From: Candidatus Eiseniibacteriota bacterium
Lineage (GTDB): Bacteria; Eisenbacteria; RBG-16-71-46
Assembly (NCBI GenBank): GCA_038231135.1
Contig: JBBRLX010000001.1
Coordinates: 192,001 to 256,000 of the forward strand
Length of the DNA stretch: 64,000 nucleotides
Reading direction: 5' to 3'
Part shown: positions 12,067 through 20,489 of the stretch, piece after piece
How the letters are laid out: the number at the start of each line of letters is the position of its first letter
Position numbering within the stretch: the stretch's first letter is position 1
Notes under the pieces: model-generated
What the model was told of the DNA's origin: nothing
The model's input: only the letters and a program-made list of their open reading frames with translations
Database searches by the model: none
Position numbers and translations under genes: made by a program

Positions 12067-13848
12067 GTGATCGCACTGCTCGTGGCCTACCTCGCGGCGG
12101 CGTGGGGCTTCGCGTTGCCGATGCCGTTCATCAGTGACGACTGGCAGATCCTCGCCCGCGTGCGCACCGCGTCGTTCGGAGCGCTGTGGGGCGGCCAGGA
12201 TCTGCTGTGGCGCTGGTGGCGGCCGTGGTCGCGCGAGCTGCACTTCTGGTCGCTGTCGCGCCTGTTCGGCCCGCGCGAACCGGCGTTTCACGCCGTGAGT
12301 TTCGCGCTGTGGGTCGCGGTGCTCGCGCTGTTCTTCACGCTCGCGCGCCGCGCCGCCGGGCCGCGCGTGGCCGCGATCGCGTGCGCCGGGCTCGCCGCGC
12401 TGTCCGCGTGGTCGGGCGCGCTGCTGTGGGCGGCGGGTGTCCAGGATCTGTGGATGCTCGTGTGGGTGCTGCTCTACCTGCACGCGGTTGCGCGCGGCCG
12501 CGCGTGGCTGGCGCTGGTGGCGCTCGCCGGCGCGCTGCTGAGCAAGGAGCTGGCGGCCGTGGCGCCGGGGCTCGGGTTCGCGTGGGCGCTGTGGGTGTCG
12601 CGCGCGCGCGCGGCAACGGCGCTGCGCCGCATCGCGCCGCATGCGGCGCTGGTGACGGTGTGGGTGGTCGTGCATCCCACGTTGCGCGACCGGTTGCTGC
12701 ATCCGGCCCAGCTCGACGTGGAGCTGCCACGCCGCACCGAATCGCTGGTCACCACCGCGATGCGCACGCTGGGCACGTTGATCAACCTGCAGTACGCGCC
12801 GCATCCCCAGGCGGGATGGGCGGCCGCGATCGTGCCGGCACTGCCCGCGATCGCCGTCGTCGTGGCACTCGGAGCGTGGGCGGCGTTCGCGCGGGGAGCG
12901 GCGGGTGGCGGTGCGACCGGGGGTGGCAACGAGGCGACGAGCGGGGGCGCCGCTCCTGCCCGGGCGCGGCGCGCTCGCCGGAGTGCACAGGCCGACGCGC
13001 CGGACGCGCCGGCACCGCCACGACCCGCGATGCTGGGCCTCACGTGGGCGGGGGTGGGCTGGCTGCCGCTGGTGCTGCCGTCGATCGACTGGCATCCGTA
13101 TTACACGCTGCTCGGCGCGATGGGGGCATGGCTCGCAATCGGCACCTGGCTGGCGCGGCGCCCCGCGGTGGCGTCGGTCGCGCTGCTCGCGGTGGCGATG
13201 CTGGAGCCGGTGCAGGCCGACACGCCGGTGTGGAGCTTCAGCGCCAGTCTCTACCAGCGACGCCAGGCGTACTTCGTGGGCCGGCTGCGCGCCGAGTTGC
13301 TGCGCATGCATCCCGCGCTGCCGCCACGCTCGCGGCTGTACTTCTCGCGGGTACCGAACAGCATCGGGCTCGGCTACTCGTGGTTCAGTCCCGCGTTCAG
13401 CGTGTGGTACGCGGACTCGACGATCCACGGCGGGTTCTGGTCGTCCTACCGCCCGCGCGCCGCGGACGGCGCGCCGGACTATTTTTTCCGCTACGACAGC
13501 TCAGGGGTGCGGTGGGCGGAGGTGCGCCCGGGTGCGGAGCCGGTGCCAGGCGCGATGCGCATGAATTCCCGGTGGCGCGAGGATCACGCCGAGCTGGCCG
13601 CGTTGTTCGCGCGCACCGGCGACTGGCCCGGCGCGGCCGGGGAATACGCGAAGCTGTGGAGCGCCACGCCCGAAAGCATCGCGTACGCCTACGATGCCGG
13701 CGTGGCGCACGAGATGGCCGGCGACAGCACGGGCGCGGCACGGGCGTACCGTGCGGTGGTCGAGTCATCGCGGTCCACGCCCGACGCGCGCACGTTCGCC
13801 CGCGCGTTCGGCGCCCGCCGCGCCGCGATCCGGAACGGTCCCCGATGA
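12067..13848 (+). CDS. GT-C fold membrane glycosyltransferase, TMTC/PMT-like, with C-terminal TPR-like helices (start uncertain)
   Basis: TM1-PFISDD, WWRP, AFHAVS and LLSKE motifs; many TM segments; helical C-terminus. Confidence 0.7.
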   Translation: MIALLVAYLAAAWGFALPMPFISDDWQILARVRTASFGALWGGQDLLWRWWRPWSRELHFWSLSRLFGPREPAFHAVSFALWVAVLALFFTLARRAAGPRVAAIACAGLAALSAWSGALLWAAGVQDLWMLVWVLLYLHAVARGRAWLALVALAGALLSKELAAVAPGLGFAWALWVSRARAATALRRIAPHAALVTVWVVVHPTLRDRLLHPAQLDVELPRRTESLVTTAMRTLGTLINLQYAPHPQAGWAAAIVPALPAIAVVVALGAWAAFARGAAGGGATGGGNEATSGGAAPARARRARRSAQADAPDAPAPPRPAMLGLTWAGVGWLPLVLPSIDWHPYYTLLGAMGAWLAIGTWLARRPAVASVALLAVAMLEPVQADTPVWSFSASLYQRRQAYFVGRLRAELLRMHPALPPRSRLYFSRVPNSIGLGYSWFSPAFSVWYADSTIHGGFWSSYRPRAADGAPDYFFRYDSSGVRWAEVRPGAEPVPGAMRMNSRWREDHAELAALFARTGDWPGAAGEYAKLWSATPESIAYAYDAGVAHEMAGDSTGAARAYRAVVESSRSTPDARTFARAFGARRAAIRNGPR

Positions 13849-15695
13849 CGCCGCGGCCACGACAGCGTCCGCCCGTCGCGCCCGTCGCGCCACGGTCGCG
13901 CCATGGATCCGGCGCGGTGTCGCTCGCGCTCGCCGGCGGCATCCTGCTCGTGCACTGGCTGCACGCGTTGCGCGTGCCGTTCATCAACGACGACTACGTG
14001 TTCCTGGACATGGTGCGCGACCGGGCGTTCGCGTCGCTGTGGGGAACGTCGCGGCTGATGTTCGGGTGGTGGCGGCCGGTGTCACGCGAGTTCCACTACT
14101 GGGCGCTCGAACGCACGATCGGCGCGCGCGAGCTGCCGTTCCATGTCGCGAGCCTGCTGCTGGCGCTCGCGGTGCTCGCCGTCTACTACCGCCTCGCCCG
14201 CCGCCTCGCCGGCGCGCGTGCCGCGGCGATCGCATCGGCGGGGGTGGCGGTGATGGCGGCGTGGGCCGTGCCGATGGTGTGGGTCGCCGGCGCCCAGGAG
14301 TTGTGGATGCTGCTGTTCGCGCTGCTGTGTATCGACGCGTTCGCGTTCGGCAGCGTGTGGATCGCGGCGCCGGCGCTGGCGGTGGCGCTGCTGAGCAAGG
14401 AGACCGCGGCCGTGGTGCCGGGCATCGCACTCGCCGTCGCCATCGCGACCCGCCGGTTCGCGCCGCGTGCCACGCTGCTGCGCGTGCTGCCGCTCGCGGC
14501 CGTGACCGTGGCGTGGGCGCTGGTGCATCCGGCGGTGCGGGCAATGCTGACGGGTGTCGCGCATGGAGCGGGTTCCGCGGACGGCACCACGGTGACCTCA
14601 CCGGCGGCGATCGTGCTGCACACCCTGCGCGTCCCCGTGAACCTCGACCAGCCGCCGGCGCCGGATCACGGCTGGATGAGCGTGCTGGTGCGGGCCGCGC
14701 CATCGATCGTGCTCGTGGTGCTCGCTGTGGTGTGGGCGTTCCGGAACGAACGGCGGGAGGGCGGCGGATCGCCCGCGGCCGGCGCGGGCACCGGCGTGCC
14801 GGCACTCGCCCTGGTGCCAAGGTCCCGCGCGGCGGACATCGTATCGCCCGCGAGTACGGACCCGCGGCCCCTCGACAGCACGCACCTCGCGGCGTGCACG
14901 ATCGTGTGGGCCCTGCTCGGCTGGCTGCCGGTGCTGTGGCCCGCGCTCGGCTGGCACTCGTACTACACGCTGCTCGGCGCATTCGGCGTTTGGTTGCTGG
15001 CGGGTGCTTGGCTCGCGCGCGAGCGCTCGGTCGCGCTCACGGTGCTGATCGCGCTCGCGGTGCTGCGCGCCGGCCAGGCGGCGACGCCGTCGCTCGACTG
15101 GGGCACCGAGTGGTATCAGAACCGCGCCGCCGCGTTCGTGCAGTTCCTGCGCGCCGACCTGCTGCAGCGCGAGCCCCGGCCCGCACCGCACTCACGGTTG
15201 TTCTTCGGAGGTGTGCCGAGCAACGTGGGGTTCCTCACCGCGGGCGCTCCGGCGCTGCGCGTGTGGTACGGCGACAGCACGCTGTCGGGCGGCTACATGT
15301 CGCAATACGCCGCGCGCGGCGCCGGCGCCGCGCCCGGACCGGACCGGTTCTTCCGTTACGACAGCACCGCCGGCTGGGTGGAGCTGCGCACCCTAGACGA
15401 GCCGGCCGCGGCGCGCGCAGAGAATCCGCGCTGGGAGGCGGATCACCGCGAACTCGCGGCGGTGTTCGCCCGCGCGCGCGACTGGACGGCCGCGGCGCAC
15501 GAATACGCAAGGCTTGCGACCGCGGCGGACGCGCCGCTGAAATCCGCGACCGATGCTGGCGTATGCTTCGCGATGGCGGGCGATTCGACCGCCGCCGCCC
15601 GCTGGTTCGCCCTCGCGGCGCGCCAGCCGGGTGCCGATGACGAGGTGAAGGCGTTCGCGCGGCGTTTCGCGCATCATCTGAGCGCCGTGCCCTAG
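13845..15695 (+). CDS. GT-C fold membrane glycosyltransferase, tandem paralog of 12067..13848
   Basis: PFINDD, WWRP, PFHVAS, LLSKE, WHSYYTLLGAFG and FFRYDS are collinear with the upstream paralog. ATGA overlap. Confidence 0.72.
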   Translation: MTPRPRQRPPVAPVAPRSRHGSGAVSLALAGGILLVHWLHALRVPFINDDYVFLDMVRDRAFASLWGTSRLMFGWWRPVSREFHYWALERTIGARELPFHVASLLLALAVLAVYYRLARRLAGARAAAIASAGVAVMAAWAVPMVWVAGAQELWMLLFALLCIDAFAFGSVWIAAPALAVALLSKETAAVVPGIALAVAIATRRFAPRATLLRVLPLAAVTVAWALVHPAVRAMLTGVAHGAGSADGTTVTSPAAIVLHTLRVPVNLDQPPAPDHGWMSVLVRAAPSIVLVVLAVVWAFRNERREGGGSPAAGAGTGVPALALVPRSRAADIVSPASTDPRPLDSTHLAACTIVWALLGWLPVLWPALGWHSYYTLLGAFGVWLLAGAWLARERSVALTVLIALAVLRAGQAATPSLDWGTEWYQNRAAAFVQFLRADLLQREPRPAPHSRLFFGGVPSNVGFLTAGAPALRVWYGDSTLSGGYMSQYAARGAGAAPGPDRFFRYDSTAGWVELRTLDEPAAARAENPRWEADHRELAAVFARARDWTAAAHEYARLATAADAPLKSATDAGVCFAMAGDSTAAARWFALAARQPGADDEVKAFARRFAHHLSAVP

Positions 15696-15760
15696 GTCAC
15701 TGCAATGCAGCCAGTTGGACGAGTGCGGGTCGCGGGCCCGCACGCATCAGGGACGAGCCC

Positions 15761-17359
15761 ATGGGCAAGCTGATCCAGTTCGACGACGAAGCGCGGAATG
15801 CCCTGCGCCGGGGCGTGGACAAGCTGGCGGGCGCGGTGCGCGTCACGCTCGGCCCGCGCGGCCGCAACGTGGTGATCGATCACCGCGACGGCAATCCCAC
15901 GATCACGAACGATGGACTCACGATCGCGCGCGAGATCGAGCTCGAGAATCCCTTCGAGAATATGGGCGCCCAGCTCGTCCGCGAGGTCGCGATCAAGACC
16001 GGCCAGGTCGCGGGCGACGGCACCACCACCGCGACCGTGCTCGCGCACAGCCTGGTGTCACGCGGACTGCAGGCGGTGGCCGCCGGCCACAATCCGATGG
16101 CCGTGAAGCGCGGCATCGACCACGCCGTGGAGGCGGTGGTCGAGGATCTGCGCCGCCAGGCGCGCACCGTGAACAACCGCGCCGACCTGCAGCGCGTGGC
16201 GCGGGTGAGCGCCGGCGACGACACGATCGGCAACATGGTCGCCGACGCGCTCGACCGCGTGGGCGCGAGCGGCGTGATCACGATCGACGAAGGCCGTGGC
16301 ATGACCGACACGCTCGAGGTGGTGGAAGGCGTGCGGTTCGACCACGGCTACCTGTCGCCGTACTTCGTCACCGACGCGGAGAGCATGGAGGTGGTGCTCG
16401 ACAACCCGCTCGTGCTGATCACCGACCTGCGCGTGTCGGCGGCGCAGGAGGTGCTGGGAGTGCTCGAGCACGCCGCCGCCACGCGCCGTCCGCTGCTGGT
16501 GATCGCGGACGACGTCGAGGCCGAGGCGCTTGCCACGCTGGTCGTGAACCGCCTGCGGGGCACGCTGCACTGCGTGGCCGTGCGTGCGCCCGCGAGCGGC
16601 GAGCGGCGCCGCGAGCTGCTGGAGGACCTCGCCGTGCTGACCGGCGCCACGCTGGTGACCCGCGACATGGGCCGCTCGCTGGAACGGTTCCACGCCCCCG
16701 ACCTGGGGCGCGCGAAGCGGGTCGTGGTGGATCACGACTCGACCACGATCATCGAAGGCGGCGGCGACGCCGTGGCGATCCGCGCGCGCGTCGCCGAGCT
16801 GGAGCGCGCGCTCACCGGCGCCGGCACCGACCACGACCGCGAGCTGCTCAGGGAACGCATCGCGCGCCTCACCGGCGGCGTCGCATTGATCCACGTCGGC
16901 GCCGCGAGCGCGCTCGAACTGGCCGAGCGCAAGAACCGGTTCGACGACGCGCTCGCCGCGACGCGCTCGGCCGTGGAGGAGGGCATGCTCACCGGCGGCG
17001 GCGTCGCGCTGCTGCGCGCGCAGAAGTCGCTCGATTCGAGCAAGGCGCGCGGCGACGAGAAGATCGGCTACGACATCGTGCGCCTCGCACTCGAGCAGCC
17101 CACCCGCCAGATCGCGGAGAACGCCGGCGAGCGCGGCGAGGTCGTGGTGGCGCGCACCCGAGAGCAGACCGGCGGATTCGGCTACGACGCGCTGGCCGGC
17201 GTGTACTGCGACCTCGACGCCGCGGGGATCGTCGATCCCGCCAAGGTCACGCGCTGCGCCCTGCAGCACGCCGCGAGCATCGGGACGCTGATGCTCACGA
17301 CCGACGCGATCGTCGTGGATGCGCCGGGCAAGGATGACGAGGGGGGCGGGGAGGAGTGA
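15761..17359 (+). CDS. groL: Chaperonin GroEL (divergent paralog, no adjacent groES)
   Basis: TLGPRGRNV, ITNDG, AGDGTTTAT, GYLSPYF and GIVDPAKVTR motifs. Confidence 0.95.
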   Translation: MGKLIQFDDEARNALRRGVDKLAGAVRVTLGPRGRNVVIDHRDGNPTITNDGLTIAREIELENPFENMGAQLVREVAIKTGQVAGDGTTTATVLAHSLVSRGLQAVAAGHNPMAVKRGIDHAVEAVVEDLRRQARTVNNRADLQRVARVSAGDDTIGNMVADALDRVGASGVITIDEGRGMTDTLEVVEGVRFDHGYLSPYFVTDAESMEVVLDNPLVLITDLRVSAAQEVLGVLEHAAATRRPLLVIADDVEAEALATLVVNRLRGTLHCVAVRAPASGERRRELLEDLAVLTGATLVTRDMGRSLERFHAPDLGRAKRVVVDHDSTTIIEGGGDAVAIRARVAELERALTGAGTDHDRELLRERIARLTGGVALIHVGAASALELAERKNRFDDALAATRSAVEEGMLTGGGVALLRAQKSLDSSKARGDEKIGYDIVRLALEQPTRQIAENAGERGEVVVARTREQTGGFGYDALAGVYCDLDAAGIVDPAKVTRCALQHAASIGTLMLTTDAIVVDAPGKDDEGGGEE

Positions 17360-17368
17360 GGGCGTTGT

Positions 17369-18763
17369 TCATGGCGACGCCTTCCCCGAAACGGCCACGC
17401 ATTCTTGCTGTCCGGGTGTAAACGACTCTCGACGCACGCGATGAGCTGAATTAGAACCGAGGAATGCCAGCGCGGCCCGGACTCGCTCGTCGAGCGAAGC
17501 GTCGGACATGGTCTCGCAATGCTCCGCCGCGCGTCGTGCCTCCTCGGCGCGGAAGCCGAGCCGTCGCAGCCAGGGCATCACGTTTCTCTTCGGGTTCATG
17601 GCGTCGGCCTTTGCCGCCGCTGCGGCCGCCCGTTGCTGTTCGTCGGCTGCGACTCTTGCCTCGGCTGCCTGCGCACGTCCCTGCGCCGCTGCTTCCCGGG
17701 CGAGTCCCCGCTTGCGGCTCATGAAATCGGCGCCGAACTCGCATTCCGCCGTGTACTGGTTGTGCGAGCGGCACCGCAGCCGCATGCCTGCAAGGGTCGC
17801 TTCGCCGCCACGCGCCACCGGATCGATGTGATCGAATTCCAGTAGCGATCGCGAGGGGCAGCGCTTGCCGGTGTCGCTCGTGAACGTGCATTGGCCGTGA
17901 TCCCGCTGCCACACGGCGCGTTTCACGTGTCGTGGAACGTACCTACGATTCTCGTTCGCGCATTCCGTATGTGCGCCGCTACGCGTTGCCTTCCTACGCG
18001 GCCGCTGGGTCGCCCCGAACTTGCGCCGTTCGAGTTCGTGAACGAGCAGATCCAATGCCTGTCCGAGGAGTTCCTCGGCGTCCCGCCCGGTGGTTCGGTG
18101 GCTCGCGAGGGACTTGGCATACTGCAACTTGCCGTAGTTGGTCTCACCGATCGTGCGCCGAAGTTCCTGCGAGCCAGGCTGGCGCCGCGCACATGTCTGA
18201 ACGGGCCCCGGGGCCTGCTGCGCGAACAACTCCGACTCCAGGGCCAGCCGCCCCGACGTCTCAACAGGCTCCGGGGCCTGTTGCGCAGATGTCAACTTAA
18301 CAGGCCCCGGGGCCTGTTCGGCGCAGGCCGCCGACGTAGCCATTACGGAGGGCGCAACTCCAGGGAACCGCTGCGCGAGCAGCCGTTCGATCTCGATCCG
18401 GGTCTTGTGCCTGGCCGCCGCCAGCAACTCGTCGAGATTCTCGGGCGTGAGATGCGGCGCCAGCGCGATCACGGAACTGTGGTGCAGATGCTCCGCGGCG
18501 AGCTCCAGAAATAGGGCCGGGAACTTCCACGCCGTTCGCGCCACGCGGATGAGCTTGAAGGCCGGATCCGGCTCCATGTTCATCTCATGCACGCAATAGG
18601 AATGCATCGACGGATGCGCCGCCGGCAGGTACAGCCGGCGAGCGTCGAATTCTGCCAGCCAGGCGAGCGCCTCGGTCGCGTTGCGAGAAACCCGGGCGAA
18701 CTTCACCGGCAGTCCACGAGCAATGTCACCGTCAGCGAGATGAGTCAGCGAATACCAGGTCAT
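17369..18763 (-). CDS. HNH endonuclease-domain protein (DUF222-like N-terminus, HNH, RuvA-C-like tail); probable mobile/selfish gene
   Basis: RAVWQRDHGQC...C....LEFDHIDPVARGG.......RLRCRSHN. C-terminal LRRLGF..EEARRA...SLDERVRAAL. Codon usage differs from the flanking genes. Confidence 0.8.
   Translation of the reverse strand: MTWYSLTHLADGDIARGLPVKFARVSRNATEALAWLAEFDARRLYLPAAHPSMHSYCVHEMNMEPDPAFKLIRVARTAWKFPALFLELAAEHLHHSSVIALAPHLTPENLDELLAAARHKTRIEIERLLAQRFPGVAPSVMATSAACAEQAPGPVKLTSAQQAPEPVETSGRLALESELFAQQAPGPVQTCARRQPGSQELRRTIGETNYGKLQYAKSLASHRTTGRDAEELLGQALDLLVHELERRKFGATQRPRRKATRSGAHTECANENRRYVPRHVKRAVWQRDHGQCTFTSDTGKRCPSRSLLEFDHIDPVARGGEATLAGMRLRCRSHNQYTAECEFGADFMSRKRGLAREAAAQGRAQAAEARVAADEQQRAAAAAAKADAMNPKRNVMPWLRRLGFRAEEARRAAEHCETMSDASLDERVRAALAFLGSNSAHRVRRESFTPGQQECVAVSGKASP
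18200..18318. repeat. Three 20-bp palindromic repeats inside the HNH ORF (encode QAPGPV/QAPEPV)
   Basis: AACAGGCCCCGGGGCCTGTT at 18299-18318 (perfect), 18263-18282 (1 mismatch) and 18200-18219 (2 mismatches). Confidence 0.9.
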
Positions 18764-18996
18764 GGGTCGCTCACGAGAATTGGGTGAGCGGGGGCTCTTC
18801 AGCTCTCAATTCTAATGGCACCTGATTTCGCGCTCGAGGATCTCGCGAGAGCGTGCGGAGTGAAGGGTCGCGAGATATTCGCGTCCGGAGATGATCGAGG
18901 CCGCCGCACGTAGCCTGAACGGCGACAGACGCCCAATGCGGCAAGCGCGGTGAGGCGTCGGTTACCCCAACCCGTGGGTCGTCAAGTTAATTCGAT

Positions 18997-19048
18997 GGTA
19001 CGGACCGGGCACACTGGTAACAGATCGGACCGGGGATATGGGTTACAG
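18997..19048. mobile_element. Probable relic end of an IS481-family element (no transposase)
   Basis: Two tandem 25-bp-spaced units, CGGACCGGGCACACTGGTAACAG and CGGACCGGGGATATGGGTTACAG, resembling the repeated transposase-binding sites at IS481 termini. The terminal TGT appears as GGT. Confidence 0.5.
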
Positions 19049-19122
19049 CTCGCGAGAATCATCCGGGGCGCGAGCATCGTCAGAAGGTCGCCGGGAAAAC
19101 TGGACGCGGTTTCCAAGAGCCC

Positions 19123-19500
19123 CTATGGCACTATTTGAAGCCCCGCACCGATACGCGCGAATAGCTCGAGGCAGTGATTCGGGATATATCCAAGAGATTC
19201 GCGCTCTTTGTTAAACACCCCATATCCAACGGTTACTCGAGCGCCTCTCGGAAGGGCGGTGAATCGATCTGCGTGATCTCTGATCAAGCTCGAAAGGGCT
19301 TCCATCCGGGCTTCGACGGAGTCTTCCTCGGTTGCGGGTGCTTGAAGTGCCCAGCCGCCTTCATCATGAACAAGTAGTCCTTCGCAGCGGGCAGGATCGA
19401 GTTGAAGAATCTCCGTAATGTATTCCGGGGCGCACTCAAACTCAGAAATTACCAACAGGGCGTTGAATTGCGGCTCATCGCGAGTTGGTTCAACCATCAC
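19123..19500 (-). CDS. DUF4279-like small protein (possible orphan immunity-type protein), low GC
   Basis: L.IS.....PE.IT.IL.L.P, central W.L and C-terminal IP...LE.FARIG..L.I pattern; markedly AT-richer than the flanks. Confidence 0.6.
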   Translation of the reverse strand: MMVEPTRDEPQFNALLVISEFECAPEYITEILQLDPARCEGLLVHDEGGWALQAPATEEDSVEARMEALSSLIRDHADRFTALPRGARVTVGYGVFNKERESLGYIPNHCLELFARIGAGLQIVP

Positions 19501-19563
19501 ACCTCCACAACATGCAGGTGATGCGCGATGGACCTCGCGCGGCGATGCGGTCTACGCGCCTAT

Positions 19564-20355
19564 TCATCCGAGGTCTGCGCCTTGTTCTGGCAGCCCCAGC
19601 GCCCGCGTCTCCGCAAACGCCTCGGCTCGCTCGAGCGTCGACAAATCGCCGATCGCAAGTGCCGGCACCGGCGTCCCAACATCCCGTCCCAGAACCGCCA
19701 GCCCCAGCCAGCGCGCCTCCGCGCCGCTCGCAGGCAACGCATGAGCACTCGTGATGCGCCCCAGCTTCGCATCGTCCCGTCGCGCGTCGTAGGGCACAGC
19801 AGGCGGCGGCCCCGAACCTTCCACCAGCACCAGCCGCCGCCGCACGCTCTTATAGGTGACGAGCCGCATCAGCGCCTCCTGGCCGGTGAAGCAGCCCTTG
19901 CTTAGATGCACTTCGTGCGCGCGGCCGATCTCGAACGGCGTGAACTCTTCGGCGATCTCGTGGCCATGTCGCGCGTGGCCGGCGCGAATTCGCGCGAGAT
20001 CGTCCACGAACGTCTCGCCCAAAGGTAGCAACGGCGCGTTCGCGTCGCCGGTGCGGTCTTCGAGGCGCACGTCCTCGCGAAAGATCGAGCGATCGAGGAA
20101 CGCCATCAACTCGCTGGCGGGCGCATCGTCGCGCAGCAGCCACACCATTCCGGATGCATCGCGCTGCACCCACGCGCGGTGCAGCAGCCGGCCGCGGAAC
20201 TCGCAGAACATCGTGGCGCGACCCTGCCCGGGTTCGAGATCCGACAGGAACTGCGTCGAGATCCGGTGCAGCAGATCGAGCGAGTCCTTGCCGGGGAGGG
20301 CGATGGCGGCGGTCGGGGCGACCGCCCGTGCGGCCGTGTTCGGCAGGGATTCCAT
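19564..20355 (-). CDS. ygfZ: YgfZ/GcvT-like folate-binding Fe-S assembly protein
   Basis: KGCFTGQE signature; N-terminal G.D....L..ISTQ. Confidence 0.85.
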   Translation of the reverse strand: MESLPNTAARAVAPTAAIALPGKDSLDLLHRISTQFLSDLEPGQGRATMFCEFRGRLLHRAWVQRDASGMVWLLRDDAPASELMAFLDRSIFREDVRLEDRTGDANAPLLPLGETFVDDLARIRAGHARHGHEIAEEFTPFEIGRAHEVHLSKGCFTGQEALMRLVTYKSVRRRLVLVEGSGPPPAVPYDARRDDAKLGRITSAHALPASGAEARWLGLAVLGRDVGTPVPALAIGDLSTLERAEAFAETRALGLPEQGADLG

Positions 20356-20489
20356 TCATCGAGGCTAGCCGCGATCGCCGCAGACCCGCAAACAGCTCAC
20401 GCAATCCCATTCCGGAGCCCATTCCCTCCGAACCACCGCAATCGCGCACGGTTGGCGGCCTTCGCTCACCCGATGCTAGAGTCGCGCGT

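Noticed and set aside
12186..13844. 1169-aa ORF as a single giant protein
   Set aside because: The N-terminal half is an off-frame shadow of the first GT-C gene; the real start is ATG 13845.
15700..15730. CIRCE element upstream of groEL
   Set aside because: Only the GAGTGC half is present; the left arm and spacing do not match TTAGCACTC-N9-GAGTGCTAA.
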